64,000 nucleotides of DNA from an uncultured Chloroflexia bacterium. GTDB taxonomy: Bacteria; Chloroflexota; Dehalococcoidia; UBA2979. A program made the translations under genes and the position numbers. The stretch lies in the NCBI GenBank assembly GCA_963728205.1, contig CAVSIV010000006.1:1-64000 (forward strand). The letters run 5' to 3'. Each line of letters begins with the position of its first letter. Position 1 is the stretch's first letter. The notes beneath the pieces are model-generated. The model had not been told where the DNA came from. It worked only from the letters and a program-made list of their open reading frames with translations, and did not search any database. Shown here one piece after another: positions 40,840 to 50,953 of the stretch.

Positions 40840-41890
40840 CACGCCGACCGCGGTCCGCGCGGCGATCTGCATCGAGGAGACGCTCGGGCACCGCACGCAC
40901 GGTCAGAACCTCGAGCGCTCCTTTCAGCTCGCTCGGATGAACGTCGACTTCCACCGCATCGAGTACCCGCTGGTGCCGGACGAGGTGCCATGGGCGGCGC
41001 GTGCCAGCGTGTCGGCGCTCCGCCGGCTGCGCGCGGCTCCGCGCTACGGCGTCACGATGTTTCACACGCAAACCACCGCGCTGCTCGCGCCCGAGGCCAC
41101 GCGCGGCGAGCCGTTCGTCATCAGCATGGACGCGACGCCGACGCAGATGGACGCGATGGGCGAGTGGTACAACCACCCGCGGCAGCCGGGGATCGTGGAG
41201 CGGGCGAAGCGCGGCCTCTACCGCCGCGTCCTGCGCCAGGCCGCCGGCGTCGTGACCTGGTCGCGCTGGACCGCGGACTCGGCGGAGCGCGACTACGGCA
41301 TCGCCGCCGATCGCATCACGGTGCTGCACCCCGGCGCCCCCGACGCGTACTTCGCGCTGCCGCGCCGCGCGTGCCGGCGGTCGGGGCCCGTGCGCATCCT
41401 CTTCGTCGGCGGCGACTTCGCGCGCAAGGGCGGGCCGGCGCTGATCGAGGCGTTCCGGCCGCTCGCGGATCGCGCCGAGCTCACGGTCATCACGCAGGAG
41501 CCGCTCCCGCCCGAACCCGGCCTCCGCGTCGTCAACGGCGTGATCCCGGGGAGCGACGAGCTGCTCCGCGCCTACGCCGACGCCAATCTCTTCTGCCTGC
41601 CCACACTCGGCGACTGCACGGCGGTCGTGCTCGGCGAGGCGATGGCCGCCGGGCTCCCGGTGGTCACGACCGCGATCGCGTCGAACCCGGAGTGGGTCCC
41701 GCCCGAGGCGGGCATCCTCGTCGCGCCGGGCGACGGCGCCGCGCTGCACGAGGCGCTGCGCACGCTCGTCGACGACGGCGCGCTGCGCGAGCGCATGAGC
41801 GTCGCGGCGCGCACGCACGCCGCGGCGGGCATGCACGCCGAGCGCAACGCCGTGCGCCTCGCGCAGCTGCTGGCGCAGGTCGCATCGTGA
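40832..41890 (+). CDS. GT4 glycosyltransferase
   Basis: LFVGGDFARKG, EAMAAGLPVV. Confidence 0.9.
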   Translation: MPSTPTAVRAAICIEETLGHRTHGQNLERSFQLARMNVDFHRIEYPLVPDEVPWAARASVSALRRLRAAPRYGVTMFHTQTTALLAPEATRGEPFVISMDATPTQMDAMGEWYNHPRQPGIVERAKRGLYRRVLRQAAGVVTWSRWTADSAERDYGIAADRITVLHPGAPDAYFALPRRACRRSGPVRILFVGGDFARKGGPALIEAFRPLADRAELTVITQEPLPPEPGLRVVNGVIPGSDELLRAYADANLFCLPTLGDCTAVVLGEAMAAGLPVVTTAIASNPEWVPPEAGILVAPGDGAALHEALRTLVDDGALRERMSVAARTHAAAGMHAERNAVRLAQLLAQVAS

Positions 41891-43098
41891 ACGCGGACTG
41901 GCTGGGCGGCCTGCCCGCGCGCCCGCCGATGACGTGGCTGTGCGTCAGCGCGACCGCGCAGGAGACCGCGCAGCTGCGCGCGGCGGGTCCCCGCCGCGAC
42001 TTCCTCGAGCTGCAGCGCGAAACCGAAGGCACGCTCCTGTTCCGCAACGGCACGCCGCGCGGCGGCGGCTGGCGCGGACGCCTGCTCGGGCCGCACGTGG
42101 GACAGGCCTGGCGCGCCGCGCGGCTCGTGCTCGACGGCGACGTCGCGTTCGCGGACGGCGAGCACGTCGGCCTGCCGCTGCTCGCGTTCCTGCGCCTGAA
42201 CAGGCGGCATCCGCGGCGCGTCGTCATGCTCGGGCACCTGCCGGGACGTCCGTGGAAGCGGCGTCTCTTCGCCATGCTGACGGCAGGCGGCGGCGGCGTC
42301 GGGGCGGGCGGCGAGGGCGTGCTCGTCGTGCACAGCGTCGCCCAGGCCGACCGCCTGCGCGGCCTGATGGGACCGCGCTGGCGGCTCGCGCTGCTGCCGT
42401 ACCAGGTCGACGCCGACTACTGGCGCAGCCGCTCCGCGCCGACGGAGGATCCGCCGCTGATCGTCGCCGCCGGCAGCGAGCACCGCGACTATGCCACGCT
42501 GCTGCAGGCGGTGGACGGACTCCCGGCGCGGGTGGTGATCGCCGCGGGGAGCCACTGGGCACGCCGGTCGGCCGCGCACGGCAGCCTCCCCGCGAACGTC
42601 GAGTGGATCGAGCGAACGCTTCCGTTCCGCGAATTGCGCGACCTCTACGAGCGGTCGTCAGTCGTGGTCGTGCCGCTGCAGGACGTGCCCAACCAGTCCG
42701 GGGTCACCACGATCCTCGAGGGCATGAGCATGGCGCGCGCGGTCGTGGTCTCGGCGACGGCGGGACAGCGCGAGATCGTGCGCGGCCCGATCGTCGGCAC
42801 GGGCGACGACCTCGACGGACCCGCCGACCCCGAGCGCGGGCCGCAGGTGCTGCTGCCCGGCGCACCGGACGAGGCGACCACGGGCTGCTACGTGCCGCCC
42901 GGGGACGTCCCCGCGCTGCGCGCCGCGCTCGAACGACTGCTCGCGGACCGCGCACGCTGCACGGCGCTCGGCGAAGCCGCGCGCGCCGCGGTCGAGCGCC
43001 ACTTCACGATCGAGGCCTTCACCGCGCGCCTCGCCGCGACGCTCCTCGGTCCGCCGACGGTGGCGACGGCGGGCGCCCCCGCCGAAGCGCAGCCGTGA
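41887..43098 (+). CDS. GT4-like glycosyltransferase
   Basis: GSEHRDY.TL, SGVTTILEGM, VPPGD..AL. Confidence 0.85.
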   Translation: MNADWLGGLPARPPMTWLCVSATAQETAQLRAAGPRRDFLELQRETEGTLLFRNGTPRGGGWRGRLLGPHVGQAWRAARLVLDGDVAFADGEHVGLPLLAFLRLNRRHPRRVVMLGHLPGRPWKRRLFAMLTAGGGGVGAGGEGVLVVHSVAQADRLRGLMGPRWRLALLPYQVDADYWRSRSAPTEDPPLIVAAGSEHRDYATLLQAVDGLPARVVIAAGSHWARRSAAHGSLPANVEWIERTLPFRELRDLYERSSVVVVPLQDVPNQSGVTTILEGMSMARAVVVSATAGQREIVRGPIVGTGDDLDGPADPERGPQVLLPGAPDEATTGCYVPPGDVPALRAALERLLADRARCTALGEAARAAVERHFTIEAFTARLAATLLGPPTVATAGAPAEAQP

Positions 43099-44264
43099 GC
43101 GCGCTCGGCGTCCTCGTGATCACGCTGGCGCTCCCCGGCCTCGTCGCCGGCACGTGGTGGACGCTGCTCAACCTGGTGGCGCTGCGGCGCCCGCGGCGGG
43201 CGCTCGCCGCCCCGCGCGTGCCGCGCCCGCTGCGCCCGCCGCGGCTCGCCGTCCTCGTGCCCGCGCACGACGAGGAAGCCGCGCTGCCGGCCTGCCTCGC
43301 GAGCCTCGCGGCCGCCGCGTTCGTGCCGCGTCCCGAGGTCGTCGTGATCGCCGACAACTGCAGCGATCGCACCGCCGCGGTTGCCCGCGCCGCCGGCGTG
43401 TCGGTGCTCGTGCGCGACGACCCGCGCCGCGGCAAGGGCTACGCGCTCGAGTTCGCGGTCGAGGCGCTCGCCGCGCGACGGCGCCCGCCCGACGCGGTCC
43501 TGTTCATCGACGCGGACTCGACGGTCTCGCGCGACATCTACACCGCGATCGCGGCCCGCCTCGCCGGCGGCGCCCGCGCGGTCCAGGTCTACTACGAGGC
43601 GGAGCGGGGAACGACGAGCCTGAGCGGGCTGCGACGGCTCGCGTTCATGCTCCTGCACTGGTCGCGGCCGCTCGGCGCGCGGCGCCTCGGGCTCGGCACC
43701 GCGATCCGGGGCAACGGGATGGCGCTGGCGTTCGACGCTGCGCGCGGCGGGCTCGGCGCCCACGGGATCGCCGAAGACGCCGCGATGACGCTCGCGCTCG
43801 CGCGGCGCGGCGACGCTGTCGCGTTCGAGCCGTCCGCGTGGGTGCGCGGCATGATGGCCGCGCGCTATCGCGGCGCCCGCACGCAGGATCGCCGCTGGGA
43901 GGCGGGCCGGCTCGCGCTGGCACCGCGCGCGCTCGCGATCGCGGCCGGCCAGCTCGCGCGCGGGCGAGCCGCCAGTGCCGCAAGCGCGCTCGAGGTCGCC
44001 GTCCCGCCGCTGAGCCTGCTCGTCGCGAGCACGCTGGTCGCGCTCGCGCTCGCGGCCGCGACAGGCGCCGGCCGGGGTTGGGCGCTCGCCGGCGCGGCCG
44101 CGGTGGCGACGTATGTCGTCACGGGGCTGGCCGCCGCGCGGCCGCCGATGCGGGACCTGCTCGCGCTGCGCGACGCGCCGCGCTTCCTGTTCCACAAGCT
44201 CACGGTCTACGCGAGCCTCGCGGTGGGCCGAGCGCCGCGCACCTGGCAGCGGACGGAGCGCTGA
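43095..44264 (+). CDS. GT2 membrane glycosyltransferase
   Basis: ADNC.D, GKG.AL, DAD, AED, QDRRW. Confidence 0.9.
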   Translation: MSALGVLVITLALPGLVAGTWWTLLNLVALRRPRRALAAPRVPRPLRPPRLAVLVPAHDEEAALPACLASLAAAAFVPRPEVVVIADNCSDRTAAVARAAGVSVLVRDDPRRGKGYALEFAVEALAARRRPPDAVLFIDADSTVSRDIYTAIAARLAGGARAVQVYYEAERGTTSLSGLRRLAFMLLHWSRPLGARRLGLGTAIRGNGMALAFDAARGGLGAHGIAEDAAMTLALARRGDAVAFEPSAWVRGMMAARYRGARTQDRRWEAGRLALAPRALAIAAGQLARGRAASAASALEVAVPPLSLLVASTLVALALAAATGAGRGWALAGAAAVATYVVTGLAAARPPMRDLLALRDAPRFLFHKLTVYASLAVGRAPRTWQRTER

Positions 44265-44953
44265 CGTGAGAGGCTGCCGCGGCACCGAGCGCAGGAGCAG
44301 GCGCGCCATGAGCGCGCCCGCGCCGGCGTGGCGGCGCGGCGGCCACCGCGGCGCGCCCGGCGGCTGCCGCCGCGAGCCGCGAGCGCGCTAGCCCGCCGCA
44401 CTGCGTCGTTTCGCCGGCGGGCCGGGCCGTCACCTCCGCCCGCGCAGATGCACCCCCTCGCCCTCGCCGACGACCCGGCCGCGTTGACACGCCAGCCACC
44501 GCACACGGCGGCTTCGGCGACATCGGCCGGCGGACACCACAGGTATCGATCCGACTCTGCTGCGCGGGGCAGCCCCGGCGGACCTGTGCAGATCTGCATG
44601 CGCGATGCCTGAACCCATCACGCAATGTCTGCCATCGGACATGCCATAAATCTTCGCGCATGTCTTCTCGGAGACATGTCACGCTTCGTGACTGAATCGC
44701 GGTCGAAATTCACCTGACACTTTTTTGTGCTTTCTTCTCGCGACCATTTTGTGCCTCATAGATTGCCGGCAGACCGAACACTACGCTCCGGCCCGCCGTT
44801 CTAGTTCCGACTTGGCGGGGTTGTGTGCTCGTGCTCTCGGACGGTGGGGCGGCAGGGCCTGCATCGCCGCCCAGAGACGTGGACGGGCCGGGGGGCGTTC
44901 CCCAGGCGATCTCGGCGCGTCACGCCTGAGCACCCACGGTGGAAAGGACTTAC

Positions 44954-47710
44954 ATGAACCGGGCTGCCAGAATCGCGCGCATCGCTGCGCCAATCTTCGC
45001 CGCACTCGTCATGGCGGCCTGCGCCCAGGCACACGCCGCACCCACCGCGCAGCCATACCTCGCGACCTTCGACGGAACCCCGTCGGCGCCACTCCCCTTC
45101 GATGCTCCCGGGTTCGACATCTTCAAGCACTCGCGCGACGTCAGCACGTGGAATACGCCGGAGACCATCCTCGGCGCCCACGGGCCGGACTGCGGGAAGC
45201 CCAACGTCGCGGACCTGAACGGCGGCGGCGGACCCGGCGTGCATCCGATCACCACGTATGACGGGCTCGTCTACCAGTGCAGCAACCACGTCATGACCGC
45301 GATGATGGCCGGCGGGTACGGCGCGATCTACCTCACGCCCGACCACCTGCTCGACTTCTCGGGCGGTAGCGCGACTTTCTCGATCGACGTGTCGACGTTG
45401 CGCACCTCGAACCGCGACTGGATCGACTTCTGGTTCAGCCCGTACAGCGGCAACATGGTGTTCCCCTTCGGCACGTTCCTCACCACGGACGGGCAGGGCG
45501 TGCCGCTCGACAACGTGAACGTAGCGATGCCGGTCGACGCACAGCGCTCGGGCCTCTTCACGGCGACGGAGACGGTCAACGGACAGTCGACCACGCTGCC
45601 GATGCACGACAACCGGTCGTGGACCTCGGTGCTGACCGAGTCCTGGATGCAGCGGCAGACGATCCAGGTCGAGCTGAGCCGCACGCACATCAAGGTCTCC
45701 ATGCCTGCGTTCGGCCTCGTCTGGGTCGACGCCGACTTCGCCACGCCGCTGCCGTTCGACCAGGCCGTCGTGCAGTTCGGGCATCACTCGTACAACCCGC
45801 AGAAGGCTGACTCGTGCGGGACCAACTGCGAGCCCGACACGTGGCACTGGGACAACGTGTCCCTCTCCCCGGCCGTGCCGTTCACGATGATCAAGGGCGA
45901 CCAGCGGCAGGTGGTCGAGGTCGGCCCGTCGCAGTCGAACGATTACTGCATCCCGTCGTGCCCGGGCAACGCCGTCGTGCACTTCGCGAGCCCGGCTCCG
46001 GCCGGCGCGATGTTGCGCTTCGCGGGCGTCGGGCAGATCGAGTTCAGTACGGACGGCTCGACGTGGACCACGCCGACGGTGGTGCCGGGCACTGCGCAGG
46101 GCGCGCATCCGGAGCACGACAGCTCATACTTCACGCCGATCCCCGCGGGGACGACCCAGGTCGAGTTCCGATTCGCGCAGGGCGCGATCGCCGACCAGCG
46201 CGTCGAGGACATCTCGATCTGGTCGCAGTCGACGCCGTCCGGGCGGACGATCGGTGCGACGGGCCCGGCCGTGCCGCCCGCGACGGCGCCGGCGACGGCG
46301 GTGCCGACGCCGCAGCCCACGGCCATGCCCGCCTCGACCCCGACATCGGTGCCGATCTCCGCCGCCGGCTCGCCGCCGGCGTCTCCGTCGGGAGGCGATT
46401 CCTCACCGGCGACGCCGACCACGTTCAGCAGCACCGCGCGCATGCAGATGGTGGTCTGGAGCGGGAGCACGACCGATCAGCTGGTGTCGGCCGCATCGGC
46501 CGCCGGCGTCACCGCGACGGAGTTCGTGAGCGGGCAGCCGGTCACGCTCGTGCCGGGCGCGCCGACCTTCGTCAACGCTGCCTTCGTGGCTGCGTTCCCG
46601 TCGAACCGCGTGCCGGCCGGCACGATCCTGATCCTGCAGCCGATGTCGGCGTCGATGTCCGGCTCGCCGGCGGCCACCCCGGTGGCGGGCGCGCCGCCGA
46701 CGCCGGCCCCGACCGCGAACCCAACCCCGAAGGCGACACCGACGGCCGCACCGTCGCCGACGCCCGCACCGACGCGATCGGCGGGACGGGGGGCGTCGAC
46801 GCTGCTGTCGTGGCAGGGCCGCCAGTGGGATGCCGCGGGGGTCAACGTCCCCTGGCTCCAGTACGGTTGCGACTTCGGCTGCGCCGCGAAGGGCGGCGTG
46901 AGCCGCGCGGATGACACGGCCGCCCTCGACAGCGCCTTCGCACAGGCGGCCGGCGCGGGTGTCCACGTCGTCCGCTGGTGGATGCTGCCGGGCGACCCGT
47001 GGCAGATCAGCCGGGCGTCCGACGGCACGCCGACGGGCATCAACCCCGCGATCTACACGGACATCGACGCGGCGCTCGCGCTCGCGCGGAAGCATGACCT
47101 CTACTACGACTTCGTCCTCTTCTCGGCGCCCGATGCCCTCCCGCAGAGCTGGTTCACCGATCCGAGCCAGCGGGCGGCGCTCGCGAGCGTGCTGGGTCAG
47201 CTGTTCGCCCACTACGCGAACGAGCCCCGGATCATGTCGTGGGAAATCTTCAACGAGCCCGAGTGGGACTACTGGAACAAGGGGTACGCGAAGCAGCCGA
47301 TCATCGACCTGACGCAGGCCATCGTGCAGTCGGTCCACGCGAACTCGCACGCCATGGCGACGGTCGGGTCCGCGATGGTCGACGGGCTGCCGGACTGGGT
47401 CGGCGTTGGTCTCGATTACTACCAGGTCCACTGGTACGACTACATGTCGTCGGGCACCTGGTGCGCGATGTGCTCGAGCACCCAGATGCTGCAGCAGCAG
47501 TACGGGATCGACAGGCCGGTCGTGGTGGGTGAGTTCTACGCCGGACCCGACGTCGATGCGTTGCAGCGGCTGCAGGACTTCGCCTCGAAGGGCTACGCCG
47601 GGGCGTGGGCGTGGTCGCTGTTCCCGGACCACACGTCGGACCACATGGCTGTGGATTTGAACGCGTACCGGCAGTTCACGAGCAGCCAGTCGAACATCGG
47701 ACCGCAGTAG
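44954..47710 (+). CDS. Large lipoprotein: unknown Cys/His-rich N-terminal domain, P/T linkers, C-terminal GH5-like domain
   Basis: Lipobox VMAAC; WEIFNEP and VVGEF; C-terminal domain closely resembles 27982-29181. Confidence 0.8.
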   Translation: MNRAARIARIAAPIFAALVMAACAQAHAAPTAQPYLATFDGTPSAPLPFDAPGFDIFKHSRDVSTWNTPETILGAHGPDCGKPNVADLNGGGGPGVHPITTYDGLVYQCSNHVMTAMMAGGYGAIYLTPDHLLDFSGGSATFSIDVSTLRTSNRDWIDFWFSPYSGNMVFPFGTFLTTDGQGVPLDNVNVAMPVDAQRSGLFTATETVNGQSTTLPMHDNRSWTSVLTESWMQRQTIQVELSRTHIKVSMPAFGLVWVDADFATPLPFDQAVVQFGHHSYNPQKADSCGTNCEPDTWHWDNVSLSPAVPFTMIKGDQRQVVEVGPSQSNDYCIPSCPGNAVVHFASPAPAGAMLRFAGVGQIEFSTDGSTWTTPTVVPGTAQGAHPEHDSSYFTPIPAGTTQVEFRFAQGAIADQRVEDISIWSQSTPSGRTIGATGPAVPPATAPATAVPTPQPTAMPASTPTSVPISAAGSPPASPSGGDSSPATPTTFSSTARMQMVVWSGSTTDQLVSAASAAGVTATEFVSGQPVTLVPGAPTFVNAAFVAAFPSNRVPAGTILILQPMSASMSGSPAATPVAGAPPTPAPTANPTPKATPTAAPSPTPAPTRSAGRGASTLLSWQGRQWDAAGVNVPWLQYGCDFGCAAKGGVSRADDTAALDSAFAQAAGAGVHVVRWWMLPGDPWQISRASDGTPTGINPAIYTDIDAALALARKHDLYYDFVLFSAPDALPQSWFTDPSQRAALASVLGQLFAHYANEPRIMSWEIFNEPEWDYWNKGYAKQPIIDLTQAIVQSVHANSHAMATVGSAMVDGLPDWVGVGLDYYQVHWYDYMSSGTWCAMCSSTQMLQQQYGIDRPVVVGEFYAGPDVDALQRLQDFASKGYAGAWAWSLFPDHTSDHMAVDLNAYRQFTSSQSNIGPQ

Positions 47711-47786
47711 GGACGTCCGCGCCCGCCGCCCGTTCGTGGCCGCGAGCCGCGAATGGGCGGCGGGCACTCCCCCGGGTCCCGCCGCG

Positions 47787-47899
47787 GCCGCACCGCCGAC
47801 CGCGCGCCCATCGCCGCACCGCCGCCCGCGCGCCCATCGCCGCACCGCCGCCCGCGCGCCCATCGCCGCACCGCCGACCGCGCGCCCATCGCCGCACCG
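47787..47899. repeat. 26-bp tandem repeat, ~4.3 copies
   Basis: GCCGCACCGCCG(A/C)CCGCGCGCCCATC at 47787, 47813, 47839, 47865; no spacers. Confidence 0.9.
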
Positions 47900-48047
47900 G
47901 CCATCGCCCGCCGCAGCGTCCGCGCCGCCGCCCCCGTCGCGCACCGGTGCTGAATGCCATCGCCCGGCGACTCTATTGCTCAACCTTTGCTGTCACCCCC
48001 GGCCCTAGGTTTCGGCCGTATCCACCCGCGCGAGCGAGGAGACAGCC

Positions 48048-48339
48048 GTGACGCAAGCCAACGAGATCGATGTGCTCGCGACCCGCCTGCCCGGCGAGCA
48101 CGTGGTCGCGAGCGCCGTCGGCGACGTGATGGTGCTGCTCGACCTGCGTTCCGGCACCTACCACACGCTGAACGACCTCGGAACCCTGATCTGGGGCGCA
48201 CTCGAGCGCGGCGCGAACGTCGGCGTCATCGTCGACGAGATTCTGCGCCGCCTACGACGTCCGTCGAGACGAGGCGCTCGTGGACGCGCAGCGGTTCCTG
48301 GCCGAGATCGACGCGGCCGGTCTGGTGCGCCGTCCGTGA
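48048..48339 (+). CDS. Lasso peptide B1 (PqqD/RRE); one extra T at ~48242
   Basis: DVMVLLDLRSGTYHTLNDLGTLIW; shifted frame continues ICAAYDVRRDEALVDAQRFLAEIDAAGLV*. Confidence 0.85.
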
Positions 48340-48785
48340 CGCAACCCAGGTGGACCGCGGCGCAGGACACCCTGGTGGCCGTGGCATGGCTCGCGCAGAC
48401 GACCGTGCTCTTCCGCCTCCGCGGCAGGAAGGCCGTCGCGGCGGCGACGAAGCGGGCCATGAACGTCCGCCCCAGCTCGCAGGCCGAGATCGCCGCGCGC
48501 AAGGCGACGGCCTGGCGCGTCCACCGCGCGGTGCTCCGGGCGAAACGCGCCTGGCCGATGGAGGCGCGGTGCCTGCAGACCGCCCTGACGATGCAGGCCG
48601 TGCTCCGGCACCACGGACTGGACGCGCCCGTGCGCGTCGGCGTCCGCGCCGCGGACGGTGAGCTGCTCGCGCACGCGTGGGTGGAGCTCGACGAGCGCTT
48701 CCGGCTCGACGACAGCGCCGCGCGCCCCGACTTCCAGCTGCTCGTCGCTCGCCGCCCCGCCGCGAGCGCCTCCGAGAGGGCCTAG
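48336..48785 (+). CDS. Lasso peptide B2 leader peptidase (transglutaminase-like)
   Basis: Catalytic RCL and AHAWVE; GTGA overlap with the restored B1 stop. Confidence 0.92.
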   Translation: MTQPRWTAAQDTLVAVAWLAQTTVLFRLRGRKAVAAATKRAMNVRPSSQAEIAARKATAWRVHRAVLRAKRAWPMEARCLQTALTMQAVLRHHGLDAPVRVGVRAADGELLAHAWVELDERFRLDDSAARPDFQLLVARRPAASASERA

Positions 48786-48789
48786 TGCG

Positions 48790-50739
48790 ATGAGCGGCGT
48801 GATGGCCCTGCTCTCGCTCGACGGGCGTCCGCTCTCCGAGGAGCGCGCGCACGCCATGGCGACGGCGATTGCGCACCGCGGCGACGGCGATCCGCGCCTC
48901 TGGCTCGGCCAGGCGGCGACCGCCGGAATCGCCCTCGGGCAGGCCCATCGCCCCACGACGCCCGAGGCCGAGCGCGAGGTGCTGCCCGGCAGCAGCCGGC
49001 ACGGCCAGGATCCGGGTCGCTTCTGGATCGCCTGGGACGGCCGCATCGACAACCGCGATGAGCTCGCCCGGCGCCTCGGGGTCGAAAGCGCGGAGGCGCA
49101 CGACTGGACGGACGCCGACTACGTCCTCGGCGCATACGCACGCTGGGGCAGCGATTGCGCCCCACAGCTCCTCGGCGACTGGGCCATCGTGATCTGGGAC
49201 GGCCTCCACCGCCGGCTCTTCTGCGCGACCGATCCCTCCGGCTCCCGCCAGCTCTACTACCGGGAAGCGTCCGGCATGCTCGCCGTGGGCTCGGAACCGC
49301 TGCAACTCTTCGCCGGGGACGGCGTACCCGCCATCCACCACGAGTACGCGCTGCGCTTCCTCGCGCAGGCCTACCTCGACCCGGCCGAGACCGAGTACGC
49401 CGGCGTGCGCAACCTTCCGGGCGGCACGGCACTGACGGTCGAGTGCGGGCGCCTCGCCACCCACACCTTCTGGCGCTACCCGCGCATCACGCCCCGCCGC
49501 TACCGCCGGCCGGAGGAGTACGTCGACGAGTTCGCGGACACGCTGGCCCGCGCCACCGCTGCGCGGCTGCGCTCGAACCGGCCGCTCGGCGTGTTTCTCA
49601 GCGGCGGGCTCGACTCCTCCTACGTCGCCGCCGTGGCGGCGCAGCAGGGCGCGAACCTCGTCGCGATCAGCAGCTACGCACCGGGCACCGCCTGGGACGA
49701 GCGCGGCTACCAGCTGCAGGTCGTCGAGCACACCGGCATCGCCTACCGCGCGGTCGACATCAGCGACTGCTGGGCCCTCACCCAGCGTTACCTGCCCGTC
49801 GAGACGTTCGACAGCATCCACCACCCGGGACAGTCCGCAATGGTCGTGCGCCTCGGGCGCGCGGCCGCGGACGAGGGCGTCGGCGTCACCCTCGGCGGCG
49901 ACGGCGCGGACGCATGGATGGGCGGGGCATCGACCTACATCGCCGACGCCGTCGTGCGCGCGCGTCCCGGCGAAGCACTCCGGCTCGCGCGCCTCGCCGC
50001 CGGCGCCCGTTCCGCTTCTACGCCGCGCACGCTCGCGCGTCACGCCGCGGCCGGCCTGCTGCCGCCCGCGTGGGTGCGCGCGGTGCGGCGCGCCCGCGGC
50101 CACGACCGCCTCCCGGACGCCCGGCCCGCCATCGTCGAGCCCGCGCGCCTGCGCGCTCCGCACCTCCCCGACGCCGGCACGGCGTGGTCCCCCCGCGCGG
50201 TGCGCCGCCGCGAGTGGGACGCGTGGCGCTGGCAGGGTCCGCAGCACGCGCCCTGGCGGGAACGCCACGCCCTCAGCCCGTACGGCGTCGAGCACCGCGC
50301 GCCCTTCCATGACCTGCGCGTCGTCGAGCTCATGGCGTCGACGCCCGACTGGGTCAAGCGCTTCCGCGGCCGCACGAAGGACGTGCTCCGCGAAGCCGAA
50401 TACCGCGTGCTGCCGCGGGCGATCCCCGATCGGCGGGACAAGGCGCCGTACGACGAGCTCTGGCTCCGCGGCGTGCACGACCGCGAACGCCAGCGCGTCG
50501 CCGACGCGCTGGACGCGGTCACGCGCCTCCCCGGCGTGCGCGCCGACGCGGCGCGCGAGGAGGTTGAGCGGTATCTGGACGCGGCGCACGCCGGGACGCG
50601 TCCCGCCTGGAGGCTGGTCAGCGCCGGCCTCTGGCTTCAATTCGTGGACACCCTGCGTTCGGTTCGGTCCAGTTCGAACGCAGTTGAAACAGGCAGGGTC
50701 GGCTCGCCGGCCCCCGCACCGAAAGAGGGCATCTCATGA
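48790..50739 (+). CDS. Lasso cyclase (asparagine synthetase-like, C protein)
   Basis: DGRIDNRDEL, LSGGLDSS, GGDGAD, RAPFHD; starts MSG rather than the MCG of glutamine-dependent AsnB. Confidence 0.92.
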   Translation: MSGVMALLSLDGRPLSEERAHAMATAIAHRGDGDPRLWLGQAATAGIALGQAHRPTTPEAEREVLPGSSRHGQDPGRFWIAWDGRIDNRDELARRLGVESAEAHDWTDADYVLGAYARWGSDCAPQLLGDWAIVIWDGLHRRLFCATDPSGSRQLYYREASGMLAVGSEPLQLFAGDGVPAIHHEYALRFLAQAYLDPAETEYAGVRNLPGGTALTVECGRLATHTFWRYPRITPRRYRRPEEYVDEFADTLARATAARLRSNRPLGVFLSGGLDSSYVAAVAAQQGANLVAISSYAPGTAWDERGYQLQVVEHTGIAYRAVDISDCWALTQRYLPVETFDSIHHPGQSAMVVRLGRAAADEGVGVTLGGDGADAWMGGASTYIADAVVRARPGEALRLARLAAGARSASTPRTLARHAAAGLLPPAWVRAVRRARGHDRLPDARPAIVEPARLRAPHLPDAGTAWSPRAVRRREWDAWRWQGPQHAPWRERHALSPYGVEHRAPFHDLRVVELMASTPDWVKRFRGRTKDVLREAEYRVLPRAIPDRRDKAPYDELWLRGVHDRERQRVADALDAVTRLPGVRADAAREEVERYLDAAHAGTRPAWRLVSAGLWLQFVDTLRSVRSSSNAVETGRVGSPAPAPKEGIS

Positions 50740-50864
50740 AGAAGACTTACGAGCGCCCGGCGCTGACGACCCGTGGCGACATCCGCGCCATCACCCAGGG
50801 CTCGGGCGCCCTCGGCTTCGATGGCTTTGACAGCACGTGGCTTCAGACGGACGCGGTCTCCTAG
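50736..50864 (+). CDS. Lasso peptide precursor (A), 42 aa
   Basis: MKKTYERPALTTRGDIRAITQ-GSGALGFDGFDSTWLQTDAVS: YxxPxL, Gly-8, Thr-2, Gly1, Asp8; ATGA overlap with cyclase stop, GAGGG RBS. Confidence 0.95.
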   Translation: MKKTYERPALTTRGDIRAITQGSGALGFDGFDSTWLQTDAVS

Positions 50865-50953
50865 GAGCGCGTTCCTGAGCTAGCGCGGCGCGCGGGTGTT
50901 GGACCGACAACTCGCGCGCGGCACGTCAGTCGCAGGGTGTCTGTCTGTTCCTA

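Noticed and set aside
47787-47899. CRISPR array
   Set aside because: Units are contiguous with no spacers, and there are no cas genes.
48048-48785. Fused lasso B1-B2 protein (245-aa ORF in the track)
   Set aside because: The junction reads as Arg-rich junk; the shifted frame gives a proper RRE C-terminus stopping in a GTGA overlap with B2. Best explained by one extra base.
48790-50739. Ordinary asparagine synthetase (asnB)
   Set aside because: Lacks the N-terminal catalytic Cys and is flanked by B1, B2 and a canonical lasso precursor.
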